Numbered from the stretch's first letter, positions 40,726 to 50,189 are shown. The stretch is DNA of 64,000 nucleotides from Candidatus Cloacimonadota bacterium (GCA_023137125.1 JAGLPW010000049.1:204-64203); one strand, 5' to 3'. Translations and numbers: made by a program. Notes: a model not told the origin generated them from the sequence alone.

Positions 40726-41709
40726 ATGAACATACTGGTAACAGGAGCTGATGGTTTTATCGGTTCACATTTAACAGAAGAATTAGTAAGACAAGGTTAT
40801 AATGTTAAAGCATTTGTATATTATAATTCTTTTAATTCATGGGGTTGGCTTGATACATTACCTGAAGACATTAAAAGTAAAATTGAAATATTCTCCGGAG
40901 ATATACGAGACCCTAATGGTGTGCGAATAGCAATGGAGGGTTGTGATACTGTTTTCCATCTTGCAGCATTAATTGCAATTCCATTTAGTTATCATTCACC
41001 TGATAGTTATGTTGATACTAATATAAAAGGAACACTAAATGTATTACAAGCAGCCAAACTCCTTAATACTGAGCGAGTACTCGTAACCTCAACTTCTGAA
41101 GTTTACGGAACTGCTCAATTTGTCCCGATAACAGAAGAACATCCTTTTCAAGGTCAATCTCCTTACAGTGCAACAAAGATAGGAGCAGATCGTTTGGCTG
41201 AATCATTCTATCGTTCATTTGATTTGTCGGTAACAATTGTAAGACCTTTCAATACTTATGGTCCACGTCAATCTGCACGAGCTGTCATTCCAACAATTAT
41301 TACTCAACTTCAAAACGGTTTTGAAGAGATAAAGCTGGGTGATCTTACTCCAACAAGGGATTTTAGTTATGTTAAAGATACCGCGAATGGTTTTATAGAA
41401 ATTGCAAAATCTGATAAGACAATTGGACAGGAAATTAATATAGCAACCCAATCAGAAATATCTATAGGTGATCTTGCGACCGAGATAATACATCAAATTA
41501 ATCCAAAAGCAAAAATTATCTGTGATCAACAACGTATTAGACCTGAGAAAAGCGAAGTGAACCGTCTTTTCGGATCTAACGAAAAGCTTAAGAGACTAAC
41601 TGATTGGGTACAGCAATATAGTCTGGAAAAGGGATTAAAAGAAACAATTGAGTGGTTTAGTAAAGAAGAAAATTTAAGAAAATATAAAGCAAGTATCTAT
41701 AATGTATAA
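40726..41709 (+). CDS. SDR-family NDP-sugar 4,6-dehydratase/epimerase
   Basis: Motifs ILVTGADGFIGSHL, TSTSEVYG and YSATKIGADR. Confidence 0.78.
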   Translation: MNILVTGADGFIGSHLTEELVRQGYNVKAFVYYNSFNSWGWLDTLPEDIKSKIEIFSGDIRDPNGVRIAMEGCDTVFHLAALIAIPFSYHSPDSYVDTNIKGTLNVLQAAKLLNTERVLVTSTSEVYGTAQFVPITEEHPFQGQSPYSATKIGADRLAESFYRSFDLSVTIVRPFNTYGPRQSARAVIPTIITQLQNGFEEIKLGDLTPTRDFSYVKDTANGFIEIAKSDKTIGQEINIATQSEISIGDLATEIIHQINPKAKIICDQQRIRPEKSEVNRLFGSNEKLKRLTDWVQQYSLEKGLKETIEWFSKEENLRKYKASIYNV

Positions 41710-42409
41710 AAGAGCAATTATTTTAGCTGGTGGAAAAGGAACCCGTCTGAAACCATATACAATAGCTTTACCCAAACCATTAGTTCCGATTGGTGATAAA
41801 CCAATTTTGGAGATAATAATTAAACAGCTTATTGAAAATGGATTTGAACATATAACAATTACAATTAATCATTTAGCAGATATTATTAAAGCCTTTTTTG
41901 GAGATGGTTCAAAATGGGGAATAAAAATTGATTATTCTTTAGAGGAAAAGCCATTATCAACAATGGGTCCTCTCAGCTTAATTGCTGATTTACCTGAAGA
42001 TTTTCTGATTATGAATGGTGATGTCTTATCTGATATTAATTTCTCTACTCTAATGCAAGAACATCAAAATAATAAAAATATCTTTACTATCTCTTCCCAT
42101 AAAAGAAAACAAAAATGTAATTATGGGATATTGGAAATAGGTGAAAATAAATCTTTGATCGGATTTAAGGAAAAACCTGTAGTCGAATACGATGTAAGCA
42201 TGGGTATATATATTGCAAATAAGAAAATCTTAAAATATATTCCTAATAATCAAGCTTATGGTTTTGATCAATTGATGTTAGATTTAATTGCTGATAATAA
42301 TCCTGCTTCAGTTATAAGGCATAATGGGTATTGGTTGGATATTGGTAGACCGGATGATTACGCTAAAGCGTGCGAAGATGTTGAGTTAGTATTAAAAGGT
42401 GTTAAATGA
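41702..42409 (+). CDS. sugar-1-phosphate nucleotidylyltransferase
   Basis: Motifs AIILAGGKGTRLKPYT..PKPLVPIG and NGDVLSD. Confidence 0.8.
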   Translation: MYKRAIILAGGKGTRLKPYTIALPKPLVPIGDKPILEIIIKQLIENGFEHITITINHLADIIKAFFGDGSKWGIKIDYSLEEKPLSTMGPLSLIADLPEDFLIMNGDVLSDINFSTLMQEHQNNKNIFTISSHKRKQKCNYGILEIGENKSLIGFKEKPVVEYDVSMGIYIANKKILKYIPNNQAYGFDQLMLDLIADNNPASVIRHNGYWLDIGRPDDYAKACEDVELVLKGVK

Positions 42410-43233
42410 AAATTGTAGTTACGGGAAGTCGTGGTTTTATTGGGACAAGGCTGGTACCCACATTAACCAAGAAAGATCATGAAGTAATTGAAATTGATTT
42501 AAAAACAGGATACGATATTACTAATTGGGAAAGCATAAAAGATCTTGTTGATTTTGATGTTATAATTCATTTGGTTGCAATTTCTTATGTTCCAAAGTCA
42601 TATGAAATACCAAGGGAAATGTTTAGAGTAAACATAAATGGCACTCTAAATATGTTAGAACTTTGCAGAATTAATAAAGCCAAATTCATTTTTACCAGCT
42701 CTTATGTATATGGAAAACCAAAATACCTGCCAATTGATGAAGAACACCCAACTGAAGCATTCAATCCATACTGTCAGTCAAAGTTAATTGGTGAAGATTT
42801 ATGCAAGACTTATAATAAAGATTTCGGTGTGCCTGTGATAATTTTCCGACCTTTTAATATTTATGGTCCTGGTCAGAATGGGAATTTCTTAATACCACTA
42901 ATTCAAAAACAGATTAAAGATGATGGAATTGTTCAGCTGAAAGATCCTCGACCTAAACGTGATTATATTCATGTGGATGATGTAGTAGATGCTTATTGTA
43001 AAGCTGTTAAATATAATAAAACCGATTTCGATATTTTTAATATTGGATCAGGTACTAGCTATTCAGTAAAAGAAATTGCAGAAATGCTAGTCACTAAATC
43101 AGGCAAAAATATTTCAATTGAGTTTTCTGAAGAACGAAGAGAAAATGAAGTACTTGATACTGTTTGTGATAATAGGAAAACAATTAAAAAACTAGAAATT
43201 GAAGCTAGTTTAAAAAGATTAATGGAAAAATGA
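42406..43233 (+). CDS. short SDR-family NDP-sugar epimerase/reductase
   Basis: Motifs IVVTGSRGFIGTRL and YCQSKLIGED. With the two upstream genes it forms an activate / dehydrate / reduce-type cassette. Confidence 0.72.
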   Translation: MKIVVTGSRGFIGTRLVPTLTKKDHEVIEIDLKTGYDITNWESIKDLVDFDVIIHLVAISYVPKSYEIPREMFRVNINGTLNMLELCRINKAKFIFTSSYVYGKPKYLPIDEEHPTEAFNPYCQSKLIGEDLCKTYNKDFGVPVIIFRPFNIYGPGQNGNFLIPLIQKQIKDDGIVQLKDPRPKRDYIHVDDVVDAYCKAVKYNKTDFDIFNIGSGTSYSVKEIAEMLVTKSGKNISIEFSEERRENEVLDTVCDNRKTIKKLEIEASLKRLMEK

Positions 43234-43332
43234 AAAATATGTCAATATTCTTTTTGGTTAGATATCTTACAGAGGGAATTCTATAAAGCAGCAAGCTAAT
43301 ATTAATTTTTTATATGGGGAGGGGGATATATA
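43234..43332 (+). promoter_or_regulatory. conserved ~99-nt leader, copy B (upstream of epimerase gene 43333)
   Basis: See copy A. By eye, identity is about 70 percent overall, with the first 22 nt identical. Confidence 0.55.
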
Positions 43333-44283
43333 ATGAATATTTTGGTAACAGGTGCAGCCGGTTTCATCGGATCGCATCTATGTGAAGCACTTATAAAAGA
43401 GCATGATGTCATAGGAATTGATAATTTCTGTGATTTCTATGATATTAAGATCAAGAGGAATAATATAAAAGGTCTGGGGCAATATGATAACTTCCAGATC
43501 ATTAAGGCAGATATTCGCAGCAAAAGCGAACTGGAAGATCTTTTCAGCCATCACAAGTTCGACCTTGTCATCCATCTGGCCGCCATGGCCGGAGTGCGTC
43601 CCTCCATTGCCGATCCTGTCCTCTACACCGAGGTCAATATCAATGGAACTGTAAATCTTTTAGAGCAGTGTAAGAAGCAAGGTGTAAAGAAATTCATCTT
43701 TGCCTCCTCTTCTTCTGTCTACGGGAACAATAAAAAGGTCCCTTTTACAGAATCGGATCCGGTCGATCTTCCCATCTCACCCTATGCATCTACAAAAAAG
43801 GCGGGAGAACTTATCTGCCATACCTACCATCACTTGGAACAGATCTCCATGCTGATCCTCCGGTTCTTTACAGTCTACGGACCCAGACAGCGTCCCGATC
43901 TGGCAATTCATAAGTTTGCCCGGAAAATTCTGGCTGATGAGGTGATCCCGGTATTTGGAGATGGTTCAACAAAACGTGACTATACCTATATAGATGATAT
44001 TATAGATGGAGTCTTAAGATCGGTAGATTTTGTAGAGACGGATTGTCATTATGAAATATTCAATCTGGGTGAATCTCAGACAATCTCACTTTCAAAGATG
44101 ATAGAGACGATCGAGAACTCTCTGGGAAAGAGAGCTAAAAAAGAGATCCAACCACCGCAGCCCGGTGATGTGGATCGGACATTTGCCGATATCTCTAAAG
44201 CTAGAGAAATATTGGGATATAACCCAAAAGTCAAGTTCAAGGCTGGTGTGGATAAATTTGTAGAGTGGTTGAGGGAGAATTAA
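43333..44283 (+). CDS. NAD-dependent nucleotide-sugar epimerase (CapI/UDP-glucuronate 4-epimerase-like)
   Basis: Motifs ILVTGAAGFIGSHL, DNFCDFYDIKIKRNNI, YASTKKAGEL and RFFTVYGPRQRPDLA. Confidence 0.8.
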   Translation: MNILVTGAAGFIGSHLCEALIKEHDVIGIDNFCDFYDIKIKRNNIKGLGQYDNFQIIKADIRSKSELEDLFSHHKFDLVIHLAAMAGVRPSIADPVLYTEVNINGTVNLLEQCKKQGVKKFIFASSSSVYGNNKKVPFTESDPVDLPISPYASTKKAGELICHTYHHLEQISMLILRFFTVYGPRQRPDLAIHKFARKILADEVIPVFGDGSTKRDYTYIDDIIDGVLRSVDFVETDCHYEIFNLGESQTISLSKMIETIENSLGKRAKKEIQPPQPGDVDRTFADISKAREILGYNPKVKFKAGVDKFVEWLREN

Positions 44284-44318
44284 GAAGCGTATTCTATTAA
44301 TAAAAGAAAATTTTATTA

Positions 44319-44349
44319 ACTGGTGGAGATCAATCCACCGGTTTTTTTA
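44319..44349 (+). terminator. rho-independent terminator closing the glycan locus
   Basis: ACTGGTGGA-gatcaa-TCCACCGGT followed by TTTTTTT. Confidence 0.7.
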
Positions 44350-44427
44350 TGCTCTTTTTTTATATAAATAATTTGACAATCTCATTCCATGCAACAATTT
44401 AGCTCAAAGCATGAAAGGAAAATAATA

Positions 44428-44586
44428 ATGAGAATAACCTTTAAAAACCGTTGTCCGAAGTGTAATGAATTTGACCGTAAGCGACTGCAGAGATCGCCCT
44501 GGATGCGTTTTCTTAAGTACACACGTCTTTATAAATGCATGCAATGTAGAACAGTTTACTTGGTGATCTTTGTTAAAAAATATTGA
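44428..44586 (+). CDS. small zinc-ribbon protein, hypothetical
   Basis: 52 aa with CPKC...CMQC. I prefer the ATG at 44428, which follows a GAAAGGAAA purine tract. Confidence 0.4.
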   Translation: MRITFKNRCPKCNEFDRKRLQRSPWMRFLKYTRLYKCMQCRTVYLVIFVKKY

Positions 44587-44811
44587 TCGGTGACCAATAT
44601 CTGTTAATGAGAACTGAATCTGATTCTTCTAAATGTAAATTATTACTTTTATCATAAAACTGAACAATACGGCTACGGTAAGAAAGTAATTGACTTATCC
44701 TGACAAAATCAACAACTTTGCATGGTAACCCTTTATTATGTGATAAATGTTAAATATAAATAAAATAGAGTGATGAGTAAACATTAAATAGATAGAGCAA
44801 AGGAGGATTAG

Positions 44812-45186
44812 ATGAGTTTCAGAACACCAAGCATCAATACGGTTTCAATTTCAGGTAATATCGTTCGTGACGCAGAAGTTAACCATGTAGGTGAGGCTAA
44901 GACACCAGTTTGTACAATAACTATTGCTCATAATCAGCGCTATAAAGCAAAAACCGGAAAATGGCAGGAGACAGTTTCGTTCATCGATGTTGAGGTCTGG
45001 GGCGCTTTGGCCGAAAGAGGAGATTATTACAAAAAAGGTGTTCCTGTGATCGTTGAAGGAGTCCTTAAAGGTAATCAATGGAAAGACAAAGAAGGAAAGG
45101 GTCATTCTAAAGTCGTTGTAAGAGCTGCTAAAATACATGTTCTGGTTTACCCTGAGAAAGAAGGGAAAGAAAAGGTAGAAGAATAG
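44812..45186 (+). CDS. ssb: single-stranded DNA-binding protein (short, without canonical acidic D-D-D-I/L-P-F tip)
   Basis: OB-fold pattern NTVSISGNIVRDAEV...FIDVEVWGALAE...KGVPVIVEGVL. AGGAGG RBS. The protein ends in KEGKEKVEE. Confidence 0.8.
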   Translation: MSFRTPSINTVSISGNIVRDAEVNHVGEAKTPVCTITIAHNQRYKAKTGKWQETVSFIDVEVWGALAERGDYYKKGVPVIVEGVLKGNQWKDKEGKGHSKVVVRAAKIHVLVYPEKEGKEKVEE

Positions 45187-45221
45187 ACTTAATACATTAT
45201 AGAAAGATAAAAATAGTTAAC

Positions 45222-45258
45222 AAAAAGCCATCTGCAATTAGCGGGTGGCTTTTGTTTT
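45222..45258 (+). terminator. rho-independent terminator after ssb
   Basis: AGCCATC-N11-GGTGGCT followed by TTTTGTTTT. Confidence 0.65.
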
Positions 45259-45370
45259 ATTGAACAATTCCAAATATTATTGTGGTATTTTCTCTTTTAT
45301 TAATAATGAAAATCTAGTGTTGTGATTCTCATGACATAAATTTTGTTAAGGATATCTTCGAAGCATAGAG

Positions 45371-45877
45371 CTATTTTCTTTCTTTCTCATATAGTTCAAT
45401 TAATTTGTCCTTGAGTTCATCTATTGTCACTTTTTGATCTTCAATTTTGCTACTTAGTTGTTGATTCTTCTTTTCTAAGAAGGCTAGCTTATTAAGAATT
45501 TCTGAATCATTAGTTTTCGTGTAAGTTTCCAAATCCTTTCCCGTATCTCTTCCTCGTTTTGCAATTTCTTTTATAATTCGTGGTGCCCTCAAACTGCCTG
45601 TTATATTTGTTCTTTTTACGATTGAAGGAGTTTTTAATGTTTCCAGAACAGATTTATCTATCTTAGTTATTCTATCTTTATCATCACCGAAGATCAACCA
45701 AAAAGTATCAACACCTAATGTTGTTGCAATAGTTGCCAGCACATGTTGCGAAGGAAAAGTGAAATTATTTTCATACCTTGCCACAGTAGTTTGTCTGACA
45801 CCGATTTTAGACGCTAAGTCTTTCTGTGTTAAACCTTTAAAAATTCTTATTCTCTTTACTCTATCACCAAAATTCAT
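45371..45877 (-). CDS. XRE/cI-like HTH repressor with C-terminal coiled coil (no S24 peptidase domain)
   Basis: HTH segment LTQKDLASKIGVRQTTVARYENN. I set the start at the ATG preceded by GGAGGG. It is transcribed divergently from the 46002 operon. Confidence 0.8.
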   Translation of the reverse strand: MNFGDRVKRIRIFKGLTQKDLASKIGVRQTTVARYENNFTFPSQHVLATIATTLGVDTFWLIFGDDKDRITKIDKSVLETLKTPSIVKRTNITGSLRAPRIIKEIAKRGRDTGKDLETYTKTNDSEILNKLAFLEKKNQQLSSKIEDQKVTIDELKDKLIELYEKERK

Positions 45878-45918
45878 ATCATAACCCTCCACTATTTGCC
45901 AATATGCATAATAAATGC

Positions 45919-45946
45919 TTGACATATGTAGCTACATGCATATATT
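45919..45946 (+). promoter_or_regulatory. sigma70-like promoter with embedded perfect palindromic operator
   Basis: TTGACA (45919-45924), a 16-nt spacer, then TATATT (45941-45946). The spacer contains the perfect 12-bp palindrome ATGTAGCTACAT (45926-45937). Confidence 0.55.
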
Positions 45947-46001
45947 ACCAATATATATTCATATTGATATTCGTCAAATGAAAAATTAATAAGGAATGAA
46001 T

Positions 46002-46448
46002 ATGAGAGAAAAATTATTTATTAAAGGCAGTGAGTTCATTCGCCAAGGTTCAACCTGGCATCACAATTTAGTTAATGAGCTGGTTGAGTTAAAAATAATA
46101 TTAGGAGCTGAGGGGACCAAAAAAAAATTAGTTGAAGAGTTGGCAAAATATTACACAGGTTCGCTACCAAAAGGATCATATTTGTTGCGATTGGTCAGTG
46201 TAGTGGAAAAATTGCAGAAGAAAGATGTTCCAAAAGAGCTTTATGAAAAAATACCCCTTTCTTACTGGATAAAACTAATTAAATACGTAACACGTGACAA
46301 TGCTCAGGAGATCATAGATTGCTTAAACAATGAAGTGCAACTTAAAATATTAATAGAAAAATTAAAACAGGGCTTTGAGCTAAGATATAACCTTTTCTCA
46401 GGCGAACATGAATTTTATCGAGAGAAAAAGAAAGATGAGAATCCTTAA
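46002..46448 (+). CDS. hypothetical protein
   Basis: First gene of the rightward operon. The AAGGA RBS fits ATG 46002 better than the track start at 45996. Confidence 0.5.
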   Translation: MREKLFIKGSEFIRQGSTWHHNLVNELVELKIILGAEGTKKKLVEELAKYYTGSLPKGSYLLRLVSVVEKLQKKDVPKELYEKIPLSYWIKLIKYVTRDNAQEIIDCLNNEVQLKILIEKLKQGFELRYNLFSGEHEFYREKKKDENP

Positions 46449-47256
46449 AAGAACTATTATCAGAATATCCAAGAACAGCAAGACGTTATTCCAATTCAGG
46501 GATCAGCAATTAGGATGTTACCATTTTGCAAACTCAGCTTTTCCTGATCCGGATCCAGATAAGATCGTCAACAAACAAGCACTGATCCTGGAACTTGGGG
46601 GGAAATATTATCTTCTTGGGCATGATGAAATACTTAAAGAAAAATATATCGAATACCATGCGGGAGATCAACTCACATTGAGACTTTACCCAAATGGGAA
46701 TGCAGCAATGTTCTTTCTCAAATCGGGTTCTTCTGGCGTTTCGGTGTTAAATTATGATGTGAAAACTAAGAAGCTCATCTTTGATGCTTCAATTCTTAAC
46801 GTACCCTATCAATCTCTACATCCAAGTTATATTGTCTGTGAGGAAGGCAGATACACTAGCATCCAGGTACTCCTCCCAACTACTGTCTTTGCTGCTCTCT
46901 CCAGTATTTCAAAAGAGACCCTCCGTCGTTGGAAAGTTGAGGGCAAGCTGATTCCTGTAATAATCACATCTACTGGTCGTTCTTATTACTCACCAGTTCA
47001 GTGTTCTCTGGCCAAAAAGTTACATGATAAACGCTGTAATTCGGCTGAAATTTACTTAATTATCATAAATGAGCTGAAAGAGCTCAACCCAGGTGAAGTT
47101 GTATACATTTCCTGGTTCAAAAATCTGGTCCGGAAGTATTCCAATTCCAACTATTGTTATAGTACATTAAGAGATCTGCTCCGGGAATTAATATCGCAAA
47201 ATAGAATAGAACGTGTTAAACAAGGCTACTATTGTAGCTTTACAAATCAAGTTTAA
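46408..47256 (+). CDS. hypothetical protein with MerR/excisionase-like HTH and C-terminal winged-helix-like tail
   Basis: ISKETLRRWKVEGKLIPVIITSTGRSYY resembles a MerR-type HTH. The tail LRELISQNRIERVKQGYY resembles a winged helix. An alternative start is at 46435. Confidence 0.5.
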   Translation: MNFIERKRKMRILKRTIIRISKNSKTLFQFRDQQLGCYHFANSAFPDPDPDKIVNKQALILELGGKYYLLGHDEILKEKYIEYHAGDQLTLRLYPNGNAAMFFLKSGSSGVSVLNYDVKTKKLIFDASILNVPYQSLHPSYIVCEEGRYTSIQVLLPTTVFAALSSISKETLRRWKVEGKLIPVIITSTGRSYYSPVQCSLAKKLHDKRCNSAEIYLIIINELKELNPGEVVYISWFKNLVRKYSNSNYCYSTLRDLLRELISQNRIERVKQGYYCSFTNQV

Positions 47257-47267
47257 GGGAGAGAAAA

Positions 47268-48215
47268 ATGAAAAAACCATTAAATTACGTGATGGAATTA
47301 CCGAATGTTAAAATTGTATTAATATTCATCTTTTGTGGTCTGCCATGGGATTTATATTCTGCCTGGTGTCTTTATTGGCATATAGGGTATTGTAATTTTG
47401 TAGACTATGATGCTATTGTTGAAGATGAAATGAAAGATAAGTCGATCGCCAAGATGATCGAACTTAACCGGCAACGCTTAGCTAGCAAGAACAAACTTGT
47501 TATCATCAAAAAGGTCCGATTGAATTTTGATTTTCCGGAGATCGCGGATCAGATCGTTGAAGCTCTATCACAAACTGCAGCAAATGAAGATCCGGGAAAA
47601 TTGAAAATGCCGTCTGCCTTTGTTTACTTCTTAAGGAACCATCGGATGAGAAAGTTCATAGAAACTGCATTGCTTGTTAGATTAGTATTCCATGAGATCA
47701 ATAGATTGTGGCTACAATTTAATCCTGTGGGGATCCGTCGTGACTACTTTGAGATATTCGAATATTTTCTGTGGAATGTCCGCAGTATGACAAATTCTGA
47801 ATTGCGCGAGTTTTTCAAGTGGAATGGAGATAATGCATACTATAGATATCATCATAAGGTTTTAGGAGGAGATGTGAATCAGTTCTTGGGTTGCTGGGGG
47901 CTTGAGGATCGTGAAGTGCAAAATAGGAGTATCTACAAAATGACATCTAAGATCTCCAACAATATTTCTAATGCTTCAGAAGGCGCATCCAAAGAACTTT
48001 TTTCACTGCAAAACTCCTGCACGAGCCAAATAGTAAAAAATGAGAAGATGCAATTTCCAAATCAACCCATTCCGAGTGAATTTTTAGGAAATCCTACTTG
48101 GCCTATTAAACCTGATATGAGTGAAGCTGCTTTTCAGGTGCGAAATATTAACCGAGAATATCGATTTCAGCAGTTGTTTGATATTATAAAGAAAAGAGGA
48201 GAAGATAATGATTAG
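47268..48215 (+). CDS. hypothetical protein (N-terminal hydrophobic segment; shares an aromatic motif with the next ORF)
   Basis: GGGAGAG RBS. 315 aa. No known motif. Confidence 0.5.
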   Translation: MKKPLNYVMELPNVKIVLIFIFCGLPWDLYSAWCLYWHIGYCNFVDYDAIVEDEMKDKSIAKMIELNRQRLASKNKLVIIKKVRLNFDFPEIADQIVEALSQTAANEDPGKLKMPSAFVYFLRNHRMRKFIETALLVRLVFHEINRLWLQFNPVGIRRDYFEIFEYFLWNVRSMTNSELREFFKWNGDNAYYRYHHKVLGGDVNQFLGCWGLEDREVQNRSIYKMTSKISNNISNASEGASKELFSLQNSCTSQIVKNEKMQFPNQPIPSEFLGNPTWPIKPDMSEAAFQVRNINREYRFQQLFDIIKKRGEDND

Positions 48216-49983
48216 AAAAGAGATAGTCCCCTTTACCAGATTCCTGGAGGTCAGTATTCTTGCAGGATGGGACGATGAAAGTATTATACAGCAAATGACT
48301 CGGTACCAGCTATTTGTTGGCGGAGAGGAGATCGAGGATATTAGGCATGAGCTTAATGAAAAAACAGTATGCAAGGCTATGATAACAGAGAACCAAATAC
48401 GTCTTGAGAATGAAGAAGAACCGCTGATAGATAAAGATGTAAAGGCAATGTACAAGTATCAGGAAGACTTTAAGGCTCTTATTAATAATTTATCCTGTGC
48501 TACCAGAATTATCAAGAGAGGAAAGCTGCAAAATGTAGAGTGTGCTGATATTTTGCTGGAAGATGTTCACAGGTATCTGGCAGAAAATTTTGCAATGACC
48601 TTCATGGAGTTTGAAGTTCTGGCACAAGAAGCTAAAAATTCGGAGATAGAGATTTTTACAGAGGATGCTTATAGGAGGCATCTGTACTGGTTTTGGAATA
48701 TTGAAGATAGTGATCAGGAAAGAGTTGCACGATATGTATATCATCATAAGGAAAGAGGCCTATATCATCAATATATAAATCCAACGCTGGAGGGGATCCA
48801 GGATATTTTTAGTCCCTTTAATGAACCGGATAAAAATGAAATCATCCGCAAGATTAAAATTAATAATTTTAAATACAGAGATAAGATCTCACGCGATCTT
48901 GATCATGGGCGGACGCCCGATAAGTCAGATATTTCTCGTTTTAGATCAACTGCTGTTAATATCAACAGGCTAGGACACCATGAGGCTCTTGTGAAAACAG
49001 CAAATTATCTGGAACGCAAGTTTGGTGGATATATGCGTAATGAGCAAACTACATACATAGATCCTGATGACATTTTAGTGGTTCCTCACAAAAATTTTAT
49101 CAGGCTTCTAATTTACATTGGCTATAAACTTGATGAAGTAGAAGGAATTTTAAGGAGGTATTGTTTTAATCATATCCCAAAATGTTTTTTAGAGGATATT
49201 TACAGCGGCTGTATATCTTTTGCCGAAGGAAAAGAGATGGTTGCAGAAAATCAGAAGAGAATGGCCTTAAAAGAGCCATTATTTGACTCTTCTGAGGTGA
49301 GAAAAACGTTCCATTATAAGACTATATATGATGCCGCAATACAATGGCCAAGAGCTATAACTAGACGCGGAGTATTTACTATTAACGTAATATTGAAGAG
49401 TGAATATAAGAGGCGAGTTTTCGATCTAGCACATATCGTTGGCATGCGCTACAGGCAATTGTTTGATCTATGGCAGAGGCATTTTAAAGTGGAATTAACC
49501 AGGAATGACTATAAGTTATATAAATATTACTGTTGGACGTTACCGAAATTTCCATTTAGTAAGCGGGGATTATATCAGTATTTGCAGCAGGATCCTACAA
49601 ATGCTCTTTATCGAAGCTATAAATCATTCTTTGATCTAGAGCCACTTGATCTTATTATGAAACTGGGAAAATTCACAGATAAAGAAAGGGATATGAGTAA
49701 TCGCGAGATGTTGGGGAAACTATTTGTTTATCGCTCTATTGCCCTTCAGGATGGAACTCCTTTTCCGAATTGGATGAATAAGTTATTGATAAAATTAGAA
49801 GAAAAATATGATGAACTAGATGAAGAAGAAAATAAAGAGTATTATCGAAAGCAGTTACAGCGAATCTTCGACCGGATTACCGGTAAAGTGAGATATACTA
49901 TGACGAGAGATCAAATAAAAAATATACGAAGACCTAAAAAAATTGAAACTCTGATCGTGCAGGATGAGCCTAAGCCCGAATAA
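48208..49983 (+). CDS. hypothetical protein, 591 aa
   Basis: Overlaps the upstream stop by 8 nt. I saw no Walker or nuclease/primase motif. Confidence 0.55.
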   Translation: MIRKEIVPFTRFLEVSILAGWDDESIIQQMTRYQLFVGGEEIEDIRHELNEKTVCKAMITENQIRLENEEEPLIDKDVKAMYKYQEDFKALINNLSCATRIIKRGKLQNVECADILLEDVHRYLAENFAMTFMEFEVLAQEAKNSEIEIFTEDAYRRHLYWFWNIEDSDQERVARYVYHHKERGLYHQYINPTLEGIQDIFSPFNEPDKNEIIRKIKINNFKYRDKISRDLDHGRTPDKSDISRFRSTAVNINRLGHHEALVKTANYLERKFGGYMRNEQTTYIDPDDILVVPHKNFIRLLIYIGYKLDEVEGILRRYCFNHIPKCFLEDIYSGCISFAEGKEMVAENQKRMALKEPLFDSSEVRKTFHYKTIYDAAIQWPRAITRRGVFTINVILKSEYKRRVFDLAHIVGMRYRQLFDLWQRHFKVELTRNDYKLYKYYCWTLPKFPFSKRGLYQYLQQDPTNALYRSYKSFFDLEPLDLIMKLGKFTDKERDMSNREMLGKLFVYRSIALQDGTPFPNWMNKLLIKLEEKYDELDEEENKEYYRKQLQRIFDRITGKVRYTMTRDQIKNIRRPKKIETLIVQDEPKPE

Positions 49984-50189
49984 TTAAAAGACTCTAGTTT
50001 AATTTATAATTATTAATATAAGAAGTGCAATTAATTTAAAATAAGCAGATATTATGATCTGAAATTGGAAATTATGAGTGAATTTCACTGTAGATATTTG
50101 GAATTTAATTGGATTATTATAGAGACATGTAACTCTATACAGGGTAGCATATTAGCCTTTAATCGGTCATATATATAGAGTATAAAGGG

